DNA of 64,000 nucleotides. Source: Hormiphora californensis (taxonomy: Eukaryota > Animalia > Ctenophora). Location of the stretch: NCBI GenBank assembly GCA_020137815.1, contig CM035354.1, forward strand, positions 2,356,001-2,420,000, written 5' to 3'. The translations under genes and the position numbers were made by a program. The first letter of the stretch is position 1, and the number at the start of each line of letters is the position of its first letter. Shown piece by piece: positions 46,401-58,400 of the stretch. Below the pieces are notes generated by a model that saw nothing but the letters and a program-made list of their open reading frames with translations, did not search any database and was not told the origin of the DNA.

Positions 46401-49400
46401 TAGCGACTCGACTACTCCTTCGGCATACAAATCCCTCGATCTTGTCATAGTGTCTCCTGTCACCGTCAGTCTGACTGCCAGTGAAACAAATGTTCAAGTC
46501 AGTAACGGAGGCTCACTGGGTAGTACTGTTACTCTAACATGCACCGCACAAGGAGGTACGTCAATGGAAAACTCTCTCCTCAACATTATGATCAAAAACT
46601 TATTTTCTCTCAGGTCGAGAGCCCCACTATGTTGCACTGACCAGGTCACTGACGGGCACTTCACTGGTGGAGTACCAGTCAGACACAGAGGATAATAGCT
46701 GTGCTAGCAATGGCACAACCGTAACCTGCACTTACACCATCATATCTATGGGTAAGCCGAATAGTACTCACTGAAACTAAACAACAAGCTAAATATAAAA
46801 TACTTTTCAGATTATTCTGACATCGGGCGCTACTACTGCCAGGGGATGAACTTTGGGACAGATTCAAAACTTAAAACTGCAACCACGACCTATGATTTGA
46901 ATTCAGAAGTCAACCACACAGTCTCAATATCGGTTGGGTACGTTGATAAACCGAATTAATGACCTTAAATCTAACGTCTTATAAATAGATCAAGTGTTCA
47001 AGCTACAGTGGGAGATGAGCCAATTACCGTTACCGTAACAATTGAAGGAAATCTCCTCCCGGAAAATATCACCATTTACCAAAACTTTGAAAACATGTAA
47101 GTTTGACAATGCTTTCCTACGAAAACAGTTCTTCAATGATGATATTTTGCGTAGATACACTTGGGACAAGACAAAGAACGAAACTTGCACGGCCTCCGAC
47201 TACTATCACATGACATGTTCATGGGTGCTGAACTTTGAAGATACAACTGATGCTGGCACTTGGATTGTCTACACGTCACAGGAGCCCTTGGATCTGGTTC
47301 TTAGTTCATCTTATGAGCTGTTCAATCACGTTAGGGTGACTGTCTATGAAGAACCTACAGTTCAGTTGACTGGTAAGAATAAATGAAAACGATTTTCGAT
47401 TAACAGATTTAGAGTTTCACACGTATTTCCCCCAGGGGTTCAATGTCCAAGATGGTTTCCCTACGTCTTTTCAAACGGTAGCAAGTGCTGTCGCAACGGC
47501 CAGGAAGATACCAGTTGTGGTGGCGGTTGGTTGACCTATTCCAGTAGTTGCTGTCTTGATAGCGACCAAGTCGATTGTTCAGGAGATACTTGTCTGAGTT
47601 ACTATGAAGGTAAGACACTTCTTCTTGATCATTCAAACTGATGTACCTAACTTCAGAACTAATCCCATTTTCATCTCCATACTCAGATACTGGTCTGGTG
47701 GAGCTCAGTTATGGAAACGACTACACTTTCACCTGCACAGCTCAAACAGCTCCCCACTCCATGGTGCTCAAACGGACCACCCCACAAGATGAAATGATCG
47801 TCTTTTACAACTCCACAGCAGATTGGTCAGCAATTGACTCTTCCACCATCACCATCGATAACAGTGAAGACGAGTTCCTGGAGATCAGTATTGATAAAGA
47901 CACCGAACAAGTTGAAATGTACTTCTCTACCAGCACCTCAGGGACTGCCTTCCTCAAGTTGATTGACCTTTCTTCCTCACCTTCCATCGCCATGCCAAGT
48001 GGATGCAGCGGGGCATCTTTCCAGTGGCCCAACCTTTTAACTTCAACGAATGGCACCCAAACTCTTGCCATTTACCTCTCTCAATCAGGAATCAGAGTTT
48101 ATTGTAACGACACTCTTGTAGCAAGTCTCTTTTTCAAGGAACTCGGAAGTTCGTGTGAAACGACGTTTTCTTCTATAATCTCGAGTACTGGATCCTACCC
48201 TGTCACTTTTGATGACAGCACTACTAGCTCAGGAGTTACTACCCGTGTCAACGCAGCCGTAAAAACTGCCCAAGCATCCATAACCGACGCAACCTTTGAA
48301 CCGAGAGGAATTTACGAGTGTTTTTACTTTTCGGTTAGCGACTCGACTACTCCTTCGGCATACAAATCCCTCGATCTTGTCATAGTGTCTCCTGTCACCG
48401 TCAGTCTGACTGCCAGTGAAACAAATGTTCAAGTCAGTAACGGAGGCTCACTGGGTAGTACTGTTACTCTAACATGCACCGCACAAGGAGGTACGTCAAT
48501 GGAAAACTCTCTCCTCAACATTATGATCAAAAACTTATTTTCTCTCAGGTCGAGAGCCCCACTATGTTGCACTGACCAGGTCACTGACGGGCACTTCACT
48601 GGTGGAGTACCAGTCAGACACAGAGGATAATAGCTGTGCTAGCAATGGCACAACCGTAACCTGCACTTACACCATCATATCTATGGGTAAGCCGAATAGT
48701 ACTCACTGAAACTAAACAACAAGCTAAATATAAAATACTTTTCAGATTATTCTGACATCGGGCGCTACTACTGCCAGGGGATGAACTTTGGGACAGATTC
48801 AAAACTTAAAACTGCAACCACGACCTATGATTTGAATTCAGAAGTCAACCACACAGTCTCAATATCGGTTGGGTACGTTGATCTACTCGAAAGTCCAACA
48901 TTTTGATCTTACATTTTGATCTTACATTTTGACAATTTAGATCAAGTGTTCAAGCTGCAGTGGGAGATGAGCCAATTACCGTTACCGTAACAATTGAAGG
49001 AAATCTCCTCCCGGAAAATATCACCATTTACCAAAACTTTGAAAACATGTAAGTTTGACAATGCTTTCCTACGAAAACAGTTCTTCAATGATGATATTTT
49101 GCGTAGATACACTTGGGACAAGACAACGAACGAAACTTGCACGGCCTCCGACTACTATCACATGACATGTTCATGGGTGCTGAACTTTGAAGATACCACT
49201 GATGCTGGCACTTGGATTGTCTACACGTCACAGGAGCCCTTGGATCTGGTTCTTAGTTCATCTTATGAGCTGTTCAATTCAATCACGTTAGGGTGACTGT
49301 CTATGAAGAACCTACAGTTCAGTTGACTGGTAAGAATAAATGAACACGATTTCGATTACATATTTAAAACGACCAAAATGGGTGAGAGAGAGATTGTTAT

Positions 49401-52400
49401 TTTTGGGTGCTAGTTGTTTGTGCGCGCCACCCAACTGTAACAAACTCTCTTTCTCTCACTCCGACTATTTTTTGACGCTGAAAACGATGAAAGCATCCAT
49501 TTCAATTCACAACGCACAGATTTTGCTGAAGAGCAATTTCATGAAAGTTAAAATAATGTCATAATTCCGTCATAACTTGAACGAGACAGAATTAGAAATT
49601 TTCGATACCGTAGCAATGGTCCTGATGGTACTCCCCGTTGATCCACTATGTTTTGTGAAAATATACGGCGGGCCACTCTTACTTTCACCCCTTTCCATTT
49701 AACGGATCATCTGACTAGTGAAGCAATTTAGAGTTTCACACGTGTTTTCCCCCAGGGGTTCAATGTCCGAGATGGTTTCCGTACGTCTTTTCCAACGGTA
49801 GCAAGTGCTGTCGCAATGGCCACGAAGATACCAGTTGTGGTGGCGGTTGGTTGACCTATTCCAGTAGTTGCTGTCTTGATAGCGACCAAGTCGATTGTTC
49901 AGGAGATACTTGTCTGAGTTACTATGAAGGTAAGACACTTCTTCTTGATCATTCAAACTGATGTACCTAACTTCAGAACTAATCCATTTTCATCTCAATA
50001 CTCAGATACTGGTCTGGTGGAGCTCAGTTATGGAAATGACTACACTTTCACCTGCACAGCTCAAACAGCTCCCCACTCCATGGTGCTCAAACGGACCACC
50101 CCACAAGATGAAATGATCGTCTTTTACAACTCCACAGCAGATTGGTCAGCAATTGACTCTTCCACTATCAACATCGATAGCAGTGAAGACGAATTCCTGG
50201 AGATCAGTATTGATAAAGACACCGAACAAGTTGAAATGTACTTCTCTACCAGCACCTCAGGGACTGCCTTCCTCAAGTTGATTGACCTTTCTTCCTCGCC
50301 TTCCATCGCCATGCCAAGTGGATGCAGCGGGGCATCTTTCCAGTGGCCCAACCTTTTAACTTCAACGAATGGCACCCAAACTCTTGCCATTTACCTCTCT
50401 CAATCAGGAATCAGAGTTTATTGTAACGACACTCTTGTAGCAAGTCTCTTTTTCAAGGAACTCGGAAGTTCGTGTGAAACGACGTTTTCTTCTATAATCT
50501 CGAGTACTGGATCCTACCCTGTCACTTTTGATGACAGCACTACTAGCTCAGGAGTTACTACCCGTGTCAACGCAGCCGTAAAAACTGCCCAAGCATCCAT
50601 AACCGACGCAACCTTTGAACCGAGAGGAATTTACGAGTGTTTTTACTTTTCGGTTAGCGACTCGACTACTCCTTCGGCATACAAATCCCTCGATCTTGTC
50701 ATAGTGTCTCCTGTCACCGTCAGTCTGACTGCCAGTGAAACAAATGTTCAAGTCAGTAACGGAGGCTCACTGGGTAGTACTGTCACTCTAACATGCACCG
50801 CACAAGGAGGTACGTCAATGGAAAACTCTTTCCTCAACATTATGATCAAACACTTATTTTCTCTCAGGTCGAGAGCCCCACTATGTTGCACTGACCAGGT
50901 CACTGACGGGCACTTCACTGGTGGAGTACCAGTCAGACACAGAGGATAATAGCTGTGCTAGCAATGGCACAACCGTAACCTGCACTTACACCATCATATC
51001 TATGGGTAAGCCGAATAGTACTCACTGAAACTAAACAACAAGCTAAATATAAAATACTTTTCAGATTATTCTGACATCGGGCGCTACTACTGCCAGGGGA
51101 TGAACTTTGGGACAGATTCAAAACTTAAAACTGCAACCACGACCTATGATTTGAATTCAGAAGTCAACCACACAGTCTCAATATCGGTTGGGTACGTTGA
51201 TCTAGGACTCGAAAGTCCAACATTTTGATCTTTTTGATCTTACATTTTGACAATTTAGATCAAGTGTTCAAGCTGCAGTGGGAGATGAGCCAATTACCGT
51301 TACCGTAACAATTGAAGGAAATCTCCTCCCGGAAAATATCACCATTTACCAAAACTTTGAAAACATGTAAGTTTGACAATGCTTTCCTACGAAAACAGTT
51401 CTTCAATGATGATATTTTGCGTAGATACACTTGGGACAAGACAACGAACGAAACTTGCACGGCCTCCGACTACTATCACATGACATGTTCATGGGTGCTG
51501 AACTTTGAAGATACCACTGATGCTGGCACTTGGATTGTCTACACGTCACAGGAGCCCTTGGATCTGGTTCTTAGTTCATCTTATGAGCTGTTCAATCACG
51601 TTAGGGTGACTGTCTATGAAGAACCTACAGTTCAGTTGACTGGTAAGAATAAATGAACACGATTTTCGATTACATATTTAACAGATTTAGAGTTTCACAC
51701 GAATTTCCCCCAGGGGTTCAATGTCCAAGATGGTTTCCCTACGTCTTTTCAAACGGTAGCAAGTGCTGTCGCAACGGCCAGGAAGATACCAGTTGTGGTG
51801 GCGGTTGGTTGACCTATTCCAGTAGTTGCTGTCTTGATAGCGACCAAGTCGATTGTTCAGGAGATACTTGTCTGAGTTACTATGAAGGTAAGACACTTCT
51901 TCTTGATCATTCAAACTGATGTACCTAACTTCAGAACTAATCCATTTTCATCTCCATACTCAGATACTGGTCTGGTGGAGCTCAGTTATGGAAACGACTA
52001 CACTTTCACCTGCACAGCTCAAACAGCTCCCCACTCCATGGTGCTCAAACGGACCACCCCACAAGATGAAATGATCGTCTTTTACAACTCCACAGCAGAT
52101 TGGTCAGCAATTGACTCTTCCACCATCACCATCGATAACAGTGAAGACGAGTTCCTGGAGATCAGTATTGATAAAGACACCGAACAAGTTGAAATGTACT
52201 TCTCTACCAGCACCTCAGGGACTGCCTTCCTCAAGTTGATTGACCTTTCTTCCTCACCTTCCATCGCCATGCCAAGTGGATGCAGCGGGGCATCTTTCCA
52301 GTGGCCCAACCTTTTAACTTCAACGAATGGCACCCAAACTCTTGCCATTTACCTCTCTCAATCAGGAATCAGAGTTTATTGTAACGACACTCTTGTAGCA

Positions 52401-55400
52401 AGTCTCTTTTTCAAGGAACTCGGAAGTTCGTGTGAAACGACGTTTTCTTCTATAATCTCGAGTACTGGATCCTACCCTGTCACTTTTGATGACAGCGCTA
52501 CTAGCTCAGGAGTTACTACCCGTGTCAACGCAGCCGTAAAAACTGCCCAAGCATCCATAACCGACGCAACCTTTGAACCGAGAGGAATTTACGAGTGTTT
52601 TTACTTTTCGGTTAGCGACTCGACTACTCCTTCGGCATACAAATCCCTCGATCTTGTCATAGTGTCTCCTGTCACCGTCAGTCTGACTGCCAGTGAAACA
52701 AATGTTCAAGTCAGTAACGGAGGCTCACTGGGTAGTACCTGTTACTCTAACATGCACCGCACAAGGAGGTACGTCAATGGAAAACTCTCTCCTCAACATT
52801 ATGATCAAAAACTTATTTTCTCTCAGGTCGAGAGCCCCACTATGTTGCACTGACCAGGTCACTGACGGGCACTTCACTGGTGGAGTACCAGTCAGACACA
52901 GAGGATAATAGCTGTGCTAGCAATGGCACAACCGTAACCTGCACTTACACCATCATATCTATGGGTAAGCCGAATAGTACTCACTGAAACTAAACAACAA
53001 GCTAAATATAAAATACTTTTCAGATTATTCTGACATCGGGCGCTACTACTGCCAGGGGATGAACTTTGGGACAGATTCAAAACTTAAAACTGCAACCACG
53101 ACCTATGATTTGAATTCAGAAGTCAACCACACAGTCTCAATATCGGTTGGGTACGTTGATCTAGGACTCGAAAGTCCAACATTTTGATCTTACATTTTGA
53201 TCTTACATTTTGACAATTTAGATCAAGTGTTCAAGCTGCAGTGGGAGATGAGCCAATTACCGTTACCGTAACAATTGAAGGAAATCTCCTCCCGGAAAAT
53301 ATCACCATTTACCAAAACTTTGAAAACATGTAAGTTTGACAATGCTTTCCTACGAAAACAGTTCTTCAATGATGATATTTTGCGTAGATACACTTGGGAC
53401 AAGACAACGAACGAAACTTGCACGGCCTCCGACTACTATCACATGACATGTTCATGGGTGCTGAACTTTGAAGATACCACTGATGCTGGCACTTGGATTG
53501 TCTACACGTCACAGGAGCCCTTGGATCTGGTTCTTAGTTCATCTTATGAGCTGTTCAATCACGTTAGGGTGACTGTCTATGAAGAACCTACAGTTCAGTT
53601 GACTGGTAAGAATAAATGAACACGATTTTCGATTACATATTTAACAGATTTAGAGTTTCACACGAATTTCCCCCAGGGGTTCAATGTCCAAGATGGTTTC
53701 CCTACGTCTTTTCAAACGGTAGCAAGTGCTGTCGCAACGGCCAGGAAGATACCAGTTGTGGTGGCGGTTGGTTGACCTATTCCAGTAGTTGCTGTCTTGA
53801 TAGCGACCAAGTCGATTGTTCAGGAGATACTTGTCTGAGTTACTATGAAGGTAAGACACTTCTTCTTGATCATTCAAACTGATGTACCTAACTTCAGAAC
53901 TAATCCATTTTCATCTCCATACTCAGATACTGGTCTGGTGGAGCTCAGTTATGGAAACGACTACACTTTCACCTGCACAGCTCAAACAGCTCCCCACTCC
54001 ATGGTGCTCAAACGGACCACCCCACAAGATGAAATGATCGTCTTTTACAACTCCACAGCAGATTGGTCAGCAATTGACTCTTCCACCATCACCATCGATA
54101 ACAGTGAAGACGAGTTCCTGGAGATCAGTATTGATAAAGACACCGAACAAGTTGAAATGTACTTCTCTACCAGCACCTCAGGGACTGCCTTCCTCAAGTT
54201 GATTGACCTTTCTTCCTCACCTTCCATCGCCATGCCAAGTGGATGCAGCGGGGCATCTTTCCAGTGGCCCAACCTTTTAACTTCAACGAATGGCACCCAA
54301 ACTCTTGCCATTTACCTCTCTCAATCAGGAATCAGAGTTTATTGTAACGACACTCTTGTAGCAAGTCTCTTTTTCAAGGAACTCGGAAGTTCGTGTGAAA
54401 CGACGTTTTCTTCTATAATCTCGAGTACTGGATCCTACCCTGTCACTTTTGATGACAGCGCTACTAGCTCAGGAGTTACTACCCGTGTCAACGCAGCCGT
54501 AAAAACTGCCCAAGCATCCATAACCGACGCAACCTTTGAACCGAGAGGAATTTACGAGTGTTTTTACTTTTCGGTTAGCGACTCGACTACTCCTTCGGCA
54601 TACAAATCCCTCGATCTTGTCATAGTGTCTCCTGTCACCGTCAGTCTGACTGCCAGTGAAACAAATGTTCAAGTCAGTAACGGAGGCTCACTGGGTAGTA
54701 CTGTTACTCTAACATGCACCGCACAAGGAGGTACGTCAATGGAAAACTCTCTCCTCAACATTATGATCAAAAACTTATTTTCTCTCAGGTCGAGAGCCCC
54801 ACTATGTTGCACTGACCAGGTCACTGACGGGCACTTCACTGGTGGAGTACCAGTCAGACACAGAGGATAATAGCTGTGCTAGCAATGGCACAACCGTAAC
54901 CTGCACTTACACCATCATATCTATGGGTAAGCCGAATAGTACTCACTGAAACTAAACAACAAGCTAAATATAAAATACTTTTCAGATTATTCTGACATCG
55001 GGCGCTACTACTGCCAGGGGATGAACTTTGGGACAGATTCAAAACTTAAAACTGCAACCACGACCTATGATTTGAATTCAGAAGTCAACCACACAGTCTC
55101 AATATCGGTTGGGTACGTTGATCTAGGACTCGAAAGTCCAACATTTTGATCTTACATTTTGATCTTACATTTTGACAATTTAGATCAAGTGTTCAAGCTG
55201 CAGTGGGAGATGAGCCAATTACCGTTACCGTAACAATTGAAGGAAATCTCCTCCCGGAAAATATCACCATTTACCAAAACTTTGAAAACATGTAAGTTTG
55301 ACAATGCTTTCCTACGAAAACAGTTCTTCAATGATGATATTTTGCGTAGATACACTTGGGACAAGACAACGAACGAAACTTGCACGGCCTCCGACTACTA

Positions 55401-58400
55401 TCACATGACATGTTCATGGGTGCTGAACTTTGAAGATACCACTGATGCTGGCACTTGGATTGTCTACACGTCACAGGAGCCCTTGGATCTGGTTCTTAGT
55501 TCATCTTATGAGCTGTTCAATCACGTTAGGGTGACTGTCTATGAAGAACCTACAGTTCAGTTGACTGGTAAGAATAAATGAACACGATTTTCGATTACAT
55601 ATTTAACAGATTTAGAGTTTCACACGAATTTCCCCCAGGGGTTCAATGTCCAAGATGGTTTCCCTACGTCTTTTCAAACGGTAGCAAGTGCTGTCGCAAC
55701 GGCCAGGAAGATACCAGTTGTGGTGGCGGTTGGTTGACCTATTCCAGTAGTTGCTGTCTTGATAGCGACCAAGTCGATTGTTCAGGAGATACTTGTCTGA
55801 GTTACTATGAAGGTAAGACACTTCTTCTTGATCATTCAAACTGATGTACCTAACTTCAGAACTAATCCATTTCATCTCCATACTCAGATACTGGTCTGGT
55901 GGAGCTCAGTTATGGAAACGACTACACTTTCACCTGCACAGCTCAAACAGCTCCCCACTCCATGGTGCTCAAACGGACCACCCCACAAGATGAAATGATC
56001 GTCTTTTACAACTCCACAGCAGATTGGTCAGCAATTGACTCTTCCACCATCACCATCGATAACAGTGAAGACGAGTTCCTGGAGATCAGTATTGATAAAG
56101 ACAAGGAACAAGTTGAAATGTACTTCTCTACCAGCACCTCAGGGACTGCCTTCCTCAAGTTGATTGACCTTTCTTCCTCACCTTCCATCGCCATGCCAAG
56201 TGGATGCAGGGGGGCACGTTTCCAGTGGCCCAACCTTTTAACTTCAACGAATGAAACCAAAACCCTGGCCATTTATCTCTTTCAATCAGGAATTAGAGTT
56301 CATTGCAACGACATCATGGTAGCAAGTCTGTTTTACAAGGAACTCGGAAGTTCCTGTGAAGACAATTTCGGTTCGACAATTTCGAGTAACGGAACGTGGT
56401 CCTGTAACATTCGATACCTCTACAACATCATCTTCTGCAAGATTCAGAAGAAATCAAGCTACGAAAGAAGCCGAGGCAAAATTAGAGGAATCAAATTTTC
56501 TTGATCGAGGAAATTACCAATGTTACACTACGACATACAACATGTACGGGTGGAGTGAGGTTTCAAGTCTGGTATCAGCGAGAGATAATGTCGAAACAGA
56601 AGTAAGGGAAATGTCAATTTAACCTCTGCTATCCGGTATTGTCACCTTATTTGTGCTACTAAGTTGTGTAACCTTCTCTCTCATTTCAGGTTATCAAATC
56701 ACCAACATCGGCCCTAACCCTGTCTAGTGGAACAACGGTTACATTCACTGCCACTGACTCTGTGCCGACTCACTTGCATCGTCAGTGCGGGGCGTGAACC
56801 AGACCTGATTCAACTAAAAAACAACAATGAGCTCGTCGCTAGTACAGATACAGTTGTTGATTTCTGTCAATACTCTGGTATAGTTATACACTGATCCCAA
56901 TCAATCAAATCAATCTGATAATGACAGAGTAGCTTATTGATGATTCATGATTCAATATATATACCCATTATAATGACCCGCTGATTTCTTTCAGAATGGA
57001 CTGAGCTAACATCAGACTTGGTCGGAGTAAAGATGGTATGGGGATGGGAGGAATTACCGATCGAGATAAAAACTAACAGTTCAGACAGTTCCAACAGCAT
57101 TCAGATAAAGGCTTATGACTACAGATGAGAATGAGATAGGAGTGTTGGAAATTTTCTAGAAACTGTGGCAACCTTATACCCTGAGTGACTGTGAGGATAG
57201 CAAACATACCTTCTCCACCACCCCACCCTCGATCGATGCAAGAGTTTGGACGATTCAAAAATCGGAAGATTACTTCACAATTCTGGTTAACAGCAACCAA
57301 GTTGTGAAAATTGATCTGGATGGAGCCTCCAATTCGGCTTGCTCTAACACTTGGTCAGGGAAAAAGGTGGCATATCTCGAGATTCCCAGCTCCGACACTG
57401 CCACTGTGTACTACAGATCCCCTGAAGGTAAACTGAAAGTGTAGTCACAGTTTTACTTGAGTATTTTATAAAGGACATCACAGAGCGAGTGTGCTCTGTG
57501 AGGGTTCAGTAAGGAAAGACTTTCTAGATCTATAACATGAACCGACCGAATCAGGAAATACTGGTCCCTGATTGGCTGATAACCAGTCACGTGACCTAAA
57601 TAACGAGATCTGATTGGTTGTTTACTTGTTTCGGTCGGTTCCTGATCTATAACACTTGTTCCCACAGCGTGGAAGTGCGTGTTTGATATTCCCCGTTTCC
57701 GGGATATCAACGAGGGCCTTTACTCGTGTGAAGTATGGAGTAGAGGGTATGAAACCGCTCTCCAGCATGCATCGAGTGAGATTAGATTGTTCTTCTATGA
57801 TGCCATCACTCTGGATCTTTTCCCTTCATCCAAACAGCCAGATCTCGAGGTAATGCTGAGTCAATTACACAATGATATAGGAGAGGATAATGTTGAATCA
57901 ATTCTTACAACACGCTTCTAACTCTTTCTCCCAAGGTCGAGTACGGTACGGCCTTTACCATGGTATCAGTGATACAGAGCGACGAGGAGCCCTACAAGAT
58001 CTGGGTGGACTTTGTGGAGCTTTGGAATAATGCCACCTTCAGCTGGGACTGGACCCCACTTTCTACAACAGGGGTCCGCTGTCAGGGCTCCAGACTGTTC
58101 AGGATTTGTGAGCTGACATTCTTCACCGTATCCTGGACTGACGAAGGTGAGCCAAGACTATTGACATGTTTCTGACAGAGCAATGATTGGTGAAACGTTT
58201 GTTATGTAGAGCCGGACAATATTCATTATGCTGAATCTTCCCCTAGTGTTCCTCACTGTGATACATAAACTCCAACAGGTCATTACACTTGGAGTGCATC
58301 GTATACGAGCCCACTGGGGGTCAATGAAACTGCCAGCAAGTCGCTCGATCTGAGAATCCTGAAGGACATCACCGTCGATCTATCTACGGTAGGATTGGAG

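Noticed and set aside
56380-57250. Frameshifts suggesting the Ig gene is a pseudogene
   Set aside because: Single-base indels clustered in one region while splice sites and domain motifs remain intact; sequencing error is equally likely.
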